A stretch of DNA of 64,000 bases. Source: Actinomycetota bacterium (GTDB taxonomy: Bacteria > Actinomycetota > Acidimicrobiia > Actinomarinales > Actinomarinaceae). Shown piece after piece: positions 9,711 through 20,275 of the stretch. Numbering within the stretch: the stretch's first letter is position 1; the number at the start of each line of letters is the position of its first letter. Where the stretch lies: the NCBI GenBank assembly GCA_014239265.1, contig JAAZZH010000005.1, positions 1,030 through 65,029 on the forward strand, written 5' to 3'. The notes beneath the pieces were generated by a model, which did not search any database, was not told the origin of the DNA, and saw only the letters and a list, made by a program, of their open reading frames with translations. Position numbers and translations under genes: made by a program.

Positions 9711-10579
9711 TACATTACTTCCTTTACCGCTTTTCCAATCTTTGTTGGATTGCTAACAACTAATACGCCTGCTTCCTCTAATGCTTCCATTTTTGCTTTT
9801 GCCGTACCTTTATTACCAGAAACAATTGCTCCCGCATGACCCATTTTTTTACCTGGAGGGGCTGTTACACCTGCAATATATGAAACTACTGGCTTAGATA
9901 TGTTATTTTTTATATACTCAGCCGCTTCCTCTTCAGCAGTTCCTCCTATTTCACCAATCATTACTATGGCATTTGTTTCGTCATCTTCTTGAAATTCTTT
10001 AAGAATATCTATAAATGACATTCCTGGAACTGGATCTCCACCAATCCCGATACATGTTGATTGGCCAATATTTAATTGAGTTAATTCGTGTACAGCTTGA
10101 TAAGTTAGTGTTCCTGACCTAGATACAACCCCAACATTTCCAGGGAGTGTAATTTCATGAGGCATAATACCAACGTTTGATTTTCCAGGAGAAATTAATC
10201 CAGGACAATTAGGTCCAAGCAATTTAGATTTTGTGTTGTTTTTAATTAGATTGTACATTGCAGCTTCATCTTTGGCAGGAATTCCTTCCGTTATGCAAAC
10301 AATTAACTGACAGTCTGCATAAGCAGCTTCAAGAACAGCATCTTTTGCAAAAGCTGGTGGTACGAAAGTTAGAGCAACATTTGCACCTGTTTCGTCAATT
10401 GCTTCTTGTACTGTATTAAATATAGGGATTGACTCTACTTGCTCTCCGCCTTTGCCAGGACGTGTTCCTGCGACTATCTTTGTTCCATAATCTCTATTTC
10501 TGAGAGCATGAAATTGACCCTCTCTTCCAGTTATTCCTTGAACAACCACCTTTGAATTTTCATCTATGAGTATTGCCAT
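9710..10579 (-). CDS. sucD: Succinyl-CoA synthetase alpha subunit
   Basis: [25 protein letters not shown]. Confidence 0.98.
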   Translation of the reverse strand: MAILIDENSKVVVQGITGREGQFHALRNRDYGTKIVAGTRPGKGGEQVESIPIFNTVQEAIDETGANVALTFVPPAFAKDAVLEAAYADCQLIVCITEGIPAKDEAAMYNLIKNNTKSKLLGPNCPGLISPGKSNVGIMPHEITLPGNVGVVSRSGTLTYQAVHELTQLNIGQSTCIGIGGDPVPGMSFIDILKEFQEDDETNAIVMIGEIGGTAEEEAAEYIKNNISKPVVSYIAGVTAPPGKKMGHAGAIVSGNKGTAKAKMEALEEAGVLVVSNPTKIGKAVKEVM

Positions 10580-11712
10580 TATCTATTTCCTTTCACAGAT
10601 AACTCAGCTGCTTCATTCATAGTTTCTGTAATAATTATTTTTTCATTAGGGTTATCTCTGAGAATCTTTAATCCCTCTGTAGCATTTGTGCCATCAAGTC
10701 GAATCACTATTGGCCATTTAAGATCTTTTCCTTTAGTTGCTTCTACAATTCCTTGCGCAACAAGATCACATCTCGTTATTCCCCCAAATATATTTATAAA
10801 AACACTGGATACGGAGTCATCTGTTTCAAGAACTTCAAGAGCCGCACTCACAGTTTCTGCTTTTGCTCCACCTCCTATGTCTAGGAAATTAGCAGCACTG
10901 CCGCCATATTCAGCTACAACATCAAGAGTTGACATAACAAGTCCTGCCCCATTGCCAATAATGCCTACTGAGCCGTCCAGTTTAATAAAATTTAAACCCT
11001 TTTCTTTAGCAGACTTTTCTGAAGGAGGAATTGGTATATCTTTTTCAATTTGATCAAAGTCTTCGTGCCTATATTTTGCATTCATATCCAATGAAACTTT
11101 AGAATCTAATGCCATTACACCGCTACTAGTTATAGCTAATGGATTTACCTCTACTAAGTCACAATCACCAGAAATAAATAGTTCAAATAATCTAGTTATT
11201 ATTGTCACTAAATCAGATTGATAATCCTGGTTTAACTTGGAGTTAGTTATTGCGTCAATTAACACGTCATCATCTAATTCTTTAGAAGGATCTATGTGAA
11301 TCATTGTTAGATCGTCTGGATTTTCTTCAGCAACAGCCTCAATATCCATTCCACCCTTTGCGCTTAACATCATTAAATATTTTTTTTCTGACCTATCAAG
11401 AGTAAATGATAAGTAGTACTCCTCTTTTATATCAGAAGCCTCTTCAATCAAGATTTTTTCAACAGTGTGGCCTTTGATGTCCATTCCAAGAATTTCATTA
11501 GTGTAAGTAATGAGTTCATCATTATTAGTGGCTAATTTGATACCACCAGCTTTTCCCCTACCCCCAACTTGAACTTGGGCTTTAACAACAACAGGATAAT
11601 TTAGATTAAAACCATGTTCTAAATCTTCAATTTTATTTACAAGAAAAGAATTTGGATGTGCAATATCATAGTTTGCATAAAGTGATTTTCCCTGATATTC
11701 AAATAAATCCAT
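10579..11712 (-). CDS. sucC: Succinyl-CoA synthetase beta subunit
   Basis: [35 protein letters not shown]. Confidence 0.98.
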   Translation of the reverse strand: MDLFEYQGKSLYANYDIAHPNSFLVNKIEDLEHGFNLNYPVVVKAQVQVGGRGKAGGIKLATNNDELITYTNEILGMDIKGHTVEKILIEEASDIKEEYYLSFTLDRSEKKYLMMLSAKGGMDIEAVAEENPDDLTMIHIDPSKELDDDVLIDAITNSKLNQDYQSDLVTIITRLFELFISGDCDLVEVNPLAITSSGVMALDSKVSLDMNAKYRHEDFDQIEKDIPIPPSEKSAKEKGLNFIKLDGSVGIIGNGAGLVMSTLDVVAEYGGSAANFLDIGGGAKAETVSAALEVLETDDSVSSVFINIFGGITRCDLVAQGIVEATKGKDLKWPIVIRLDGTNATEGLKILRDNPNEKIIITETMNEAAELSVKGNR

Positions 11713-11764
11713 AATTTAACTTACAAATTATATATAGTTCATTAATTTATGCATGGTAAGAATT

Positions 11765-13900
11765 TCAATCAAATTTTAACGGGGCCCACTCTATATCTAG
11801 ATATTTAACACCCCATTCACCACCAAAATTGATAGTAATTTCATTGCCTGAAATTTCTTCAATTATTCCTTTTCCATATTTTTCATGTGTGACAGTATTT
11901 CCTACTTTTCCAATCCCATGTGAAGTTGCTGAAGTGGTACTTAAATCTTTAACTTTAATTTCTTTAAAAAAGTTTTCTGATTCTTCTAAAAATCGACTTT
12001 TTAAGTTGTACGTAGTACCTCCCCATAATGTTCTTGTTTGAGAGTAGGTTAAATAAAGTTTTTGCTCAGCACGAGTCATTCCCACATAACATAATCTTCT
12101 CTCCTCTTGTACTTCAAATTCACTTTCTGATTTTTGACTAGGGAAAATATTTTCTTCCATACCAGTCATAAAAACATAAGGGAATTCAAGACCTTTTGCG
12201 TTGTGTAAGGTCATCAATAAAACATTGTCTTCGTCTTCTATACTGTCAGTGTTCGTAAACAAAGCTAGAGATTCTAAATAATCTCTAAGAACTATATAAG
12301 GATCATCAACATCTTCTTCATAAAGGTTTTCAAATTCGAAAGCTGAGTTAATTAGTTCATCAAGATTTTCAATTCTCATTTGGGATTCTAGTGTGCCATC
12401 TTTAATTAGCTGATTTTTGTATCCCGTTAGTTCTAAGGTTTTAATAATGGCTTCTGAAGGACCTTTTATTGCGTGCCCTTTTAAATCTATTATTAGGTCT
12501 TTAAATTCTTTAAGCTTATTAAGAATTCGTGCTGATAGGAAATCTAAACTTTCAAAATCATCTAGTGCATTTGAAACCGATAATTCTTTTGAACTTGAGA
12601 AATCTCTTAATTTTTGTAAAGTAGATTCCCCTATCCCTCTTTTTGGAACATTGAGAACTCTTTCAAAGGAAACCGTGTCGTCAGGATTTACTAAATAGTT
12701 TAAATACGAAAGTATATCTTTTATTTCTTTTCTATCGTAAAATCTTACATTTCCAACAATTTTATAATTAATGCTATTTCGTCTTAACTCTTCTTCAAAT
12801 ATTCTTGATTGATTATTTGTTCTATAAAAAATAGCAATTTCCATTTTTTTATCCTTTTTTAAAATCTCTTGTATTTCAGAGGTAATCCACTTTGCTTCAT
12901 CTCTTTCGGAGCTGAATTCTGCTACATTTACATCCATTCCGCTTGAATTGTCAGTCCATAACTTTTTATCCTGAGTTCTTGGATTATTTGAAATTACTGC
13001 ATTTGCAATATCTAGAATATTTTGAGAAGATCGGTAGTTTTTATCTAGAGTAATAATTTTTGCATTTTGAAAATCTTTTTCAAATTCTTGTATGTTTCTT
13101 ATATCTGCACCTCTGAAGGCATAAATACTTTGATCCGAATCCCCCACTACACACAAATTTTTGTGCCTAGAAGATAGAAGTTCTATCAACTTATACTGAA
13201 CAAGATTTGTATCTTGATATTCATCGACCATAATATATTGGAACTTCGATGACCAAAAATTTAATGCTTCTTCATTTGTTTCAAGTAAATCTACTGTTTT
13301 AATTAGCAAATCATCAAAATCCATTGAATTAGCTAACATTAATTTTTTTTCATAAGAAGTATAAATTTCGGCAACTTTCACATCAAAAAAAGTTTCAGCA
13401 AATTCAATTGCTTCCCCTGGGCTTGTTCTCATATTTTTTAATCCAGAAATAGCGGCTTGAAATCTTCTAGGTGAATATTGTTTAAGATCCACATTATTTT
13501 CCCTCATGCAATTCCTTATCAGTTTTGAAGAATCTGATTGATCATAGATTGTAAAATTATTTTTATATCCAATTAACTGGCCGTGTGTGCGTAAAATTTT
13601 GACGCAAGAACTATGAAATGTAGAAATCCATTTAGGTGAAACATCTAAACCTAAGAGCTTACTAATTCTTTCCTTCATTTCATTTGCTGCTTTATTCGTG
13701 AAAGTAATTGCTAATATATTCGAGTAGTTTATTGAACAGTTCATGACTAAGTGCGCGTACCTATATGTTAATACCCTTGTTTTACCCGATCCCGCTCCAG
13801 CAACTATAAGTAACGGTCCATCTGTATATTCAATTGCTTCTTTTTGCTTTTCATTAACTAAACTCTTCCACTCTTTTGGAATAGGTAGATTATTAACCAT
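11765..13900 (-). CDS. pcrA: ATP-dependent DNA helicase PcrA/UvrD1
   Basis: AGAGSGKT, TFTNKAA, VDEYQDTN, GDSDQSIY, TLHNAKGLEF, EERRLCYV. Confidence 0.95.
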   Translation of the reverse strand: MVNNLPIPKEWKSLVNEKQKEAIEYTDGPLLIVAGAGSGKTRVLTYRYAHLVMNCSINYSNILAITFTNKAANEMKERISKLLGLDVSPKWISTFHSSCVKILRTHGQLIGYKNNFTIYDQSDSSKLIRNCMRENNVDLKQYSPRRFQAAISGLKNMRTSPGEAIEFAETFFDVKVAEIYTSYEKKLMLANSMDFDDLLIKTVDLLETNEEALNFWSSKFQYIMVDEYQDTNLVQYKLIELLSSRHKNLCVVGDSDQSIYAFRGADIRNIQEFEKDFQNAKIITLDKNYRSSQNILDIANAVISNNPRTQDKKLWTDNSSGMDVNVAEFSSERDEAKWITSEIQEILKKDKKMEIAIFYRTNNQSRIFEEELRRNSINYKIVGNVRFYDRKEIKDILSYLNYLVNPDDTVSFERVLNVPKRGIGESTLQKLRDFSSSKELSVSNALDDFESLDFLSARILNKLKEFKDLIIDLKGHAIKGPSEAIIKTLELTGYKNQLIKDGTLESQMRIENLDELINSAFEFENLYEEDVDDPYIVLRDYLESLALFTNTDSIEDEDNVLLMTLHNAKGLEFPYVFMTGMEENIFPSQKSESEFEVQEERRLCYVGMTRAEQKLYLTYSQTRTLWGGTTYNLKSRFLEESENFFKEIKVKDLSTTSATSHGIGKVGNTVTHEKYGKGIIEEISGNEITINFGGEWGVKYLDIEWAPLKFD

Positions 13901-13904
13901 GAGT

Positions 13905-14876
13905 TCAGAGACCTAGAATATTATTTACTTCTTGTATAGTTAATTCTGCAGAAGCTTGGGCCTCTTGAAGATTGATTTTGACTATTTCCGAAATATTTTC
14001 TTTTTCAAGTTCTATAAATTTAAGATTAATTGGGTTTAAGTATTCTGCGACACATTCACCAACTGCCATTTTAAATTCTCCATACCGGGAGTCCATAAAA
14101 GTTTTTTCAACTTCCTTATGAGACATCCCATTTATAGAAGCATATATGTCTATGAGATTGCTAATCCCTTTTTTTTCACTTAAATTATATTGAATAATAT
14201 CGTCCGAATCTGTAACCGATGATTTAAATTTTTTCATTATTGTATCCTTATCATCATCAAAATAAATTGTGCCATTGATATCATCTGAACTTTTAGACAT
14301 TTTACTATCAGGATGTTTCAATGACATTAACCTAGCCCCAGATTTTCCAGAAGATTTTTCAGGTAAGGGGAAAACATCTCCATATTTATTATTAAACCTT
14401 TCAGCGATATTTCTAGTTAACTCTAAGTGTTGTGTTTGATCATCTCCTACGGGTACTTCATTAGCTTTATGAATTAATATATCAGATGCCATAAGTACAG
14501 GATATGTAAAAATCCCTGCATGACTTCCAAGACTGTCAGCTTTTTCTTTGTATTGTGTCATTCTTTGAAGTTCTCCAACCTGACAAAAACTTGAGAGTAT
14601 CCATGATAAATATGCATGTTGAGGGACACTACTTTGTGCATAAATAATTGAATTATCTAAATTTATACCCGCAGCAATTAGCAACTTAAGAGTTTGTTCA
14701 ATATTAGATTTTAATTCCATGGGATCAGGGTGTGTTGTGATGGAATGAAGATCTACAACACAAAAAAAGTTTTTATTTTCTACATTTGATAGATGGACCC
14801 AATTTTTTATTGCGCCCAAAAAGTTTCCTAGGTGAACTTTTCCTGTTGGCTGTATGCCAGAAAAAACAGTTTTCAT
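13905..14876 (-). CDS. trpS: Tryptophanyl-tRNA synthetase
   Basis: SGIQPTG, HLGN, VPVGDDQ, KMSKS. Confidence 0.97.
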   Translation of the reverse strand: MKTVFSGIQPTGKVHLGNFLGAIKNWVHLSNVENKNFFCVVDLHSITTHPDPMELKSNIEQTLKLLIAAGINLDNSIIYAQSSVPQHAYLSWILSSFCQVGELQRMTQYKEKADSLGSHAGIFTYPVLMASDILIHKANEVPVGDDQTQHLELTRNIAERFNNKYGDVFPLPEKSSGKSGARLMSLKHPDSKMSKSSDDINGTIYFDDDKDTIMKKFKSSVTDSDDIIQYNLSEKKGISNLIDIYASINGMSHKEVEKTFMDSRYGEFKMAVGECVAEYLNPINLKFIELEKENISEIVKINLQEAQASAELTIQEVNNILGL

Positions 14877-14916
14877 ATCTGCTATTCTAATGTCTTAAAT
14901 CGATTTGGAGTAGCTT

Positions 14917-15831
14917 ATGAAACCTGAATATACGATGTCTCCATACTCAGGATTAAGAAATATTATATTAATTGGCTCACTATTTGGTTTTCACGGATTG
15001 CTTAATAGAAGTCTACTTATTGATGGTATGGAGGAAATTTATATTGTCACATCTCGTATCACGATTGTTACACTGATTCTTTTTCTCTACTGCTTTAGGG
15101 AATTTAAATCTGAAATAAATTTTAATTATTTGTTAAGAGGTAGTTGGACCGGCTTTCTTGCGATATTTATTCCAGGATGGACTTTTATATATGCTTTAAA
15201 AAATATCTCGTCTGGATTACAAAGTATTTTTATTTCAACAATTCCTATGTTTACAGTATTTTGGGTATATTTTTTTTACAAGGAAGAAAAAATTACTAAA
15301 TTAAAAGTTTCTTCTGTTGTAATAGGTTTACTAGGGTTGATTGCATTATTTTTATCTGGGGTAACAGGACTATCTGAGGAAGGTAGTCTTTTAATTGGTG
15401 GATTGTTAGCATTACTTGGGGTTCAGGGTCTAGCAATAAGTAATATTACAAATAAAAAAGATTCACAAATTATTCCGGCAAAAACTTACCTCTTAACACA
15501 GTGGATTGCTGCAACCTTTATCTCAATAGTATTATTCAATTTCCTTGGTGGAAGAGTGGTCCTTTTAACCCAGCCAGAGATTTTGAAGCTTCTTGGTTTA
15601 GTTTTTATAGATATTTTCAACTACTCTTTATTTTTTTACACCATCAAAAGACTTTCCGCTACGTTTACGACTCTTGTTGATTACGTTGTTCCAATTGTTG
15701 GAATAATAGTTGGATACATTTTTCTAGATGAAGTTATAAGTAATATATTTTTTGTCACACTGACAATGATATTTATCTCTCTTTATCTAGCAGTAAAAGA
15801 TGAACTAGCTAATTCACGCCAAGCCAAGTAA
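14917..15831 (+). CDS. DMT/EamA-family transporter
   Basis: About 10 hydrophobic segments in two repeats; GYIFLDE ending typical of EamA. Confidence 0.8.
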   Translation: MKPEYTMSPYSGLRNIILIGSLFGFHGLLNRSLLIDGMEEIYIVTSRITIVTLILFLYCFREFKSEINFNYLLRGSWTGFLAIFIPGWTFIYALKNISSGLQSIFISTIPMFTVFWVYFFYKEEKITKLKVSSVVIGLLGLIALFLSGVTGLSEEGSLLIGGLLALLGVQGLAISNITNKKDSQIIPAKTYLLTQWIAATFISIVLFNFLGGRVVLLTQPEILKLLGLVFIDIFNYSLFFYTIKRLSATFTTLVDYVVPIVGIIVGYIFLDEVISNIFFVTLTMIFISLYLAVKDELANSRQAK

Positions 15832-16329
15832 TTCCCGAGTCATTTTTGCTGTTGCGCCCCAGAGAGTCTCATTACGGATTTTAAATATCCAATCATTAGG
15901 ATAAATTCCTCTAAACCTCCAATTTTGTTGATTACTTAATTCATCAATGGAGACGAAAAAAATTTCCTGTACTTCTGACCTGTTGAATGATTCCGGTTTC
16001 TTATGCAGCCTACATAGAATAGGAAAAACATTGTATTTAAATTCTATTGTGTCGACTGGTTCTAGGATACCAAAGGGTTCAACATCATTTTTTAAAATTA
16101 ATAGCTCTTCAGATGCTTCCCTCACAGCAGTTTCTACAATATTTAAATCGCTTTGTTCTTTTTTTCCTCCAGGAAAAGCTATATGACCCTTATGGGTTGG
16201 CATATCATTTGATCTTTTGATAAAAAGAACTTCTTTTTCTTTGTAAACTAAAATCGAGACAGCTGCATAGGGCTCGTCGTGTATTTTGTAAGGAAGTTTT
16301 AACTCTTCATATACGAGGTTTGATTTCAA
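15814..16329 (-). CDS. Nudix hydrolase, CoA pyrophosphatase-like
   Basis: KRS..MPTHKGHIAFPGGK, AVREASEE Nudix box, LWGATA. Confidence 0.88.
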   Translation of the reverse strand: MKSNLVYEELKLPYKIHDEPYAAVSILVYKEKEVLFIKRSNDMPTHKGHIAFPGGKKEQSDLNIVETAVREASEELLILKNDVEPFGILEPVDTIEFKYNVFPILCRLHKKPESFNRSEVQEIFFVSIDELSNQQNWRFRGIYPNDWIFKIRNETLWGATAKMTRELLGLA

Positions 16330-16332
16330 TTC

Positions 16333-17040
16333 TTATTTTTCAGCTACTATCGATATCTTTATACCGATAGGGTTCAAAACTTCCCATGCGTTAAATTTTG
16401 TAGGTGCATCAAACCCAAACCAGGTTGTATCAATTTCAGTTACACCTGAAACATAAATCTTATCATCCTCCATAAAAGCTGTTATTGAAAAAGGTACGTT
16501 TATCTCAATATTTCTGATGCTGAGAACGCCTACTATTGTCTCGTCTATTTTGGAGTCAAAATTATTATTTGGTAATACAATTTCATCAATACTGTAAACC
16601 GCATTTGGGAAGATCTTTGACTCTAGCCATTTAGTCTTGATAGCACCATCTCTTATACTGCTACTACTTTTTAATGTCGATAAATCAGCAGTTATAGACA
16701 AGTTTCTAACCTGTAAACAAGAATCGGCTAAATCACACTCTCCTAGGGTTAATTCGAAATCTCCAGAAACTTCATTGGTTATTCCCTCTACTATCTCTAA
16801 ATTTGCATTAAGAAATTGTTTAGGTGCAAGGTAGCTAACTGTACTTAATTCTTTATTCACTGTATATATGGCTCCATCAAAGGATTCAAGTTGAGTAACC
16901 TCAATACTTGTTGTTGTGGATGTATCCTCAGTTTCTTGAATCTCTAAAATTGTAGTTTTAACAGATGTCTCCTCATCTGATACTGTATCTTGAGATGAGC
17001 AGAATGAAAAGAATAGAATTAAAATTATTAATTTTTTCAT
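16333..17040 (-). CDS. YceI-like lipid-binding protein, probably secreted/lipoprotein
   Basis: Likely start MKKLIILILFFSFCSSQ (signal + Cys), Thr/Ser linker, ADLSTLKS...RD...WLESKIFP YceI pattern. Confidence 0.75.
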   Translation of the reverse strand: MKKLIILILFFSFCSSQDTVSDEETSVKTTILEIQETEDTSTTTSIEVTQLESFDGAIYTVNKELSTVSYLAPKQFLNANLEIVEGITNEVSGDFELTLGECDLADSCLQVRNLSITADLSTLKSSSSIRDGAIKTKWLESKIFPNAVYSIDEIVLPNNNFDSKIDETIVGVLSIRNIEINVPFSITAFMEDDKIYVSGVTEIDTTWFGFDAPTKFNAWEVLNPIGIKISIVAEK

Positions 17041-17076
17041 ATTTTTATTGTAGTACTGATTCTTTAAAGACATAAA

Positions 17077-17670
17077 ATGCTAGATTTGAATATGGATTTA
17101 ACCTCAAGAAAAGTAATACAAGTATTAGTAGGAACAACTTTAATCGGTACAGGCGTTGCGTTAAATTTTTCATCAAAATTGGGGCTTGGTCCGTGGGGAG
17201 TCTTTCATGAAGGTATCTCCCTTAATACAAACCTCACCTTTGGGAATGCAATCATAGCTACAGGCATTTTTGTAACCCTTCTATGGATACCGCTAAAGCA
17301 AAAACCTGGAATTGCAACACTTGTTGACATTTTCTGGATAGGGACTGTTGCCGATTTAGTAATTGGTTTAGATCTTAATGCAGAAACTTTGGTCCTTAAG
17401 TGGATATTTGTCTTTTTAGGAATACTGTGTATTGGCTCTGGAACCGCAATATATGTTGGAGCAGACATGGGTTCTGGACCAAGAGACGGCGTAATGGTTG
17501 GTCTTGAAAGCAAGGGGTTAAAAATTGGAATGGCTAGGAATGTTATTGAAGTCACAGCACTAACTCTGGGTTGGTTACTTGGTGGAACTGTGGGGTTGTC
17601 TTCAGTCGTAATAGCCATATCAATTGGACCCGTTGTCCAGTTAGTTATTCCTTATTTTGACCTCAGGTAA
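17077..17670 (+). CDS. YczE/YitT-like membrane protein
   Basis: LGLGPWGVFHEG, GSGPRDGVM, LLGGTVG motifs. Confidence 0.8.
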   Translation: MLDLNMDLTSRKVIQVLVGTTLIGTGVALNFSSKLGLGPWGVFHEGISLNTNLTFGNAIIATGIFVTLLWIPLKQKPGIATLVDIFWIGTVADLVIGLDLNAETLVLKWIFVFLGILCIGSGTAIYVGADMGSGPRDGVMVGLESKGLKIGMARNVIEVTALTLGWLLGGTVGLSSVVIAISIGPVVQLVIPYFDLR

Positions 17671-17724
17671 ATTGTTATAATTACTTATTAATAGAAAATT
17701 AAAATATATGTATAAGATAGTTTT

Positions 17725-18450
17725 ATGAGTCTTGAAATAACTCCCAAAGACATACTCCGGACATTTATGTTATTTCCTTTATATATAACCTTTTTTGTAA
17801 TTCTTTTATTAGTAATTATTTTCGCTTCCTTTTTACCTAACGGTAAAATCTTGGGTACAAAACTATATAACATTTTTGGTTTATCGGGATTGATAGCCGC
17901 AGGGATTGATTTAAAAGTCACTGGTGCTGAAAAAATAGATTTATCTCAGAGTTATGTTGTTATTTCTAATCACCCTTCTACTCTTGATATATTTACTCAC
18001 ATTACCGCCTTACCAGTTTCGATTAGATTTCTTACTAAGACTGAGTTGTTTAGAATACCAATATTAAGTCGTGTTCTTAAAATTCTTGGTCTACCAAGAA
18101 TAGATAGAAAAAATGCTCAAATGAATCTTCCAAAGATTAATGAGTCAATTCAAAGAGTTATTGACAATAAAAACTCCATAATGATCTTCCCAGAAGGCAC
18201 AAGGAGTAACCAAAAAGACTTGCTTCCTTTTAAAAAAGGGGCAGCACATGTTGCTAAACAGTTTAATTTACCAATTATTCCTGTTGTCACACACAATTCA
18301 CACAACTTAATGATTAAAGGATCAGTTTGGTTTAAATCTGGAAAAATTCATGTTCAAATATTGGATCCAATTACAAATATAGGAGATTACGATATTGATG
18401 AGCTAACTGATTTAATTTATTTGAAAGTAAGTGAGAACTTAACTTCCTAA
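17725..18450 (+). CDS. plsC: 1-acyl-sn-glycerol-3-phosphate acyltransferase family
   Basis: NHPSTLD (HX4D), FPEGTRS. Confidence 0.88.
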   Translation: MSLEITPKDILRTFMLFPLYITFFVILLLVIIFASFLPNGKILGTKLYNIFGLSGLIAAGIDLKVTGAEKIDLSQSYVVISNHPSTLDIFTHITALPVSIRFLTKTELFRIPILSRVLKILGLPRIDRKNAQMNLPKINESIQRVIDNKNSIMIFPEGTRSNQKDLLPFKKGAAHVAKQFNLPIIPVVTHNSHNLMIKGSVWFKSGKIHVQILDPITNIGDYDIDELTDLIYLKVSENLTS

Positions 18451-18978
18451 ATACTCATCTAAGAAAGTATTAAATTCTGGATGCTGTGTGCTTTCTTCAA
18501 GCTTTTTATCTAGGTTATTTTCTGAGGAAAATAAATAAAAGTCTTTAAAGACGTTTAAACCATAATTCTCAAGTTGGCTCGAAAGTGAACTATAGGCATC
18601 ATAAGAATTTCCCCCTTTACCAAGTACCGCAGATACAATTGCAACTTTTTTATTTTGGAAAAGTTCATTGTATTTATAATCATTAAATGCAAGAGATAGC
18701 CAATCTAATGTATTTTTAAGATGAGACACATAGCCACCATTAAAAACTGGACTAAAAATTATTATTTGATCACATTCAATTAAGGCATCTCTTATCTCAA
18801 TAATTTTATCTGGTTGGACTATTCCCCCCTCTAATATGAAAGGTATTTCGCTGTAAAGATTATCAAATAGATATGTTTTAATTTCTTTTTTTTCTAAATA
18901 TCCTAATGCATACTGGGCTGCCTTTTTATTACCAGAATTTTCTGAAGTACCAGCTGAAAGTAATAGAATTTTTGACAT
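18439..18978 (-). CDS. NAD(P)H-dependent FMN reductase (flavodoxin-like)
   Basis: SPVFNGGYVSHLKNTLDWLS motif. Confidence 0.85.
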   Translation of the reverse strand: MSKILLLSAGTSENSGNKKAAQYALGYLEKKEIKTYLFDNLYSEIPFILEGGIVQPDKIIEIRDALIECDQIIIFSPVFNGGYVSHLKNTLDWLSLAFNDYKYNELFQNKKVAIVSAVLGKGGNSYDAYSSLSSQLENYGLNVFKDFYLFSSENNLDKKLEESTQHPEFNTFLDEYLGS

Positions 18979-19006
18979 CCCTTAATTATGTAATTAACTT
19001 TAAATT

Positions 19007-19342
19007 ATGGGACAGGATAACCTAAAAAATTTTACTTCACTAGATATTCGAGTTGGCGAGATTCTTGATGTTCTAGACTTTCCTGAAGCAAAAAATCCTT
19101 CCTATATTATCAAAATAAGTTTTGGAAAAGAAATTGGAATTAAAAAAACTAGTGCTCAGGTGACAAATTACACTAAAGAGTCACTCCTTGGTAGAAAATG
19201 TATCGCAATAATTAATCTTGGTGACAGACAAATTGGTCCAATAATGAGTCAATGCTTGGTGTTGGGTTCAATTTCTAAAGATCGTACGGTTGAACTATTG
19301 TCACCAGAAAAAAATGCATCTGTTGGGGACAAAATAGCTTAA
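19007..19342 (+). CDS. csaA: CsaA/Trbp111-like tRNA-binding protein/export chaperone
   Basis: LDIRVGEI, FPEAKNPSY, TSAQVT, IGPIMSQCLVLG. Confidence 0.88.
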   Translation: MGQDNLKNFTSLDIRVGEILDVLDFPEAKNPSYIIKISFGKEIGIKKTSAQVTNYTKESLLGRKCIAIINLGDRQIGPIMSQCLVLGSISKDRTVELLSPEKNASVGDKIA

Positions 19343-19816
19343 TTAAGTTGTAAGGGATGTGAATTTTTCTGGTTTGAAATTACCGACTCTTTTATAAATT
19401 TTTTCAGCATTGTTATCAACAAGAACATAAGTTGGTGTAAATTCTAAACCATACTTCTCAACTATTTCGTTATAGTCTTTTTTTGAAGCATTAACAGAGA
19501 CTATTGGGATTTCTGGTTTGTTTTTTTTGAATTCATTAACTATGAATTTCGAAGCAGTACATCCAAGTCAATAATCAGAATAATACTCAATAATTGTAAA
19601 TGGACTTGCTGCAAAGTCATGATCATCTATAACTGTCCCTCTATTTGAAGTAAATAAATAGAGACCAAAAAATGAACCCAGTACTACAAAGCTTAAAAAA
19701 TATAAGATAGCAATAGGCTTATAAGCAATGAAAATAACTGCTAGGCCGACAACCCATCCAAATGGTAAATAAATTAAGCTATATCTGTTTATTATCCTAA
19801 TAATTGAATTTTTCAT
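19343..19816 (-). CDS. Membrane-anchored thioredoxin-fold protein with in-frame TGA (UxxC), candidate selenoprotein
   Basis: ATG 19816, two TM helices, then FTIIEYYSDY-TGA-LGCTASKFIVNEFKKNKPEIPIVSVNA...YGLEFTPTYVLVD...TAA 19343; the frame stays open for 74 codons after the TGA at 19570-19568. Confidence 0.78.
19530..19548 (-). promoter_or_regulatory. Candidate bacterial SECIS hairpin
   Basis: AATTCAT-AGTTA-ATGAATT; the apical loop starts 26 nt after the UGA and has G at loop position 2 followed by U. Confidence 0.55.
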
Positions 19817-19855
19817 AAATTTTATTTTGTTGTTTAAGTAAATTATACTTTGAAC

Positions 19856-20266
19856 ATGGAATTGATAAGTCATATTAAGAAAAAGGGTCATAGAGTAACG
19901 CAATCAAGAGAACTTATCTGTAAAATTCTTGAAGATTCTGGACATGCACACTTCACTGTTGACGAAATATATAAGAAGGTAACTAAAAAAAATACAAATA
20001 TAGACCTTGCTACTGTTTACAGAACTTTAGAACTTTTGGGAGAAATAGGCTTAATAGCACACCTTCATCAAGCGCATGGTTCAGGAATTTATTTTTTAAA
20101 AAATGATGAAAATACTATGCACATAATATGTGTAAATTGTAATAAAATTTTAGATGTTAGCTCTAAGACCTACAATAAAATTAATAGCCTGTTGACCAAA
20201 GAGACACAGTTTACAAAAATTCATAATAATTTTATTTATTCTGGAACTTGTGGAAACTGTAAATAA
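19856..20266 (+). CDS. Fur-family metalloregulator, Nur-like
   Basis: ATVYRTLELLGEIGLIAHLHQAHG resembles Streptomyces Nur (STVYRTLELLEELGLVSHAHLGHG); HIICVNC and CGNC; adjacent Ni/Co ECF genes. Confidence 0.85.
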   Translation: MELISHIKKKGHRVTQSRELICKILEDSGHAHFTVDEIYKKVTKKNTNIDLATVYRTLELLGEIGLIAHLHQAHGSGIYFLKNDENTMHIICVNCNKILDVSSKTYNKINSLLTKETQFTKIHNNFIYSGTCGNCK

Positions 20267-20275
20267 TTATTCTAT

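Noticed and set aside
19568-19570. TGA read as Trp (genetic code 4) or Gly (code 25)
   Set aside because: TGA terminates conserved genes here (sdhD, sdhB, rpsJ, infA) and conserved Trp residues use TGG; the TGA aligns to a catalytic Cys.
19817-19903. Upstream extension of the 111-aa ORF given in the track
   Set aside because: Overlaps the Nur-like gene head-to-head; ATG 19816 gives a clean start.
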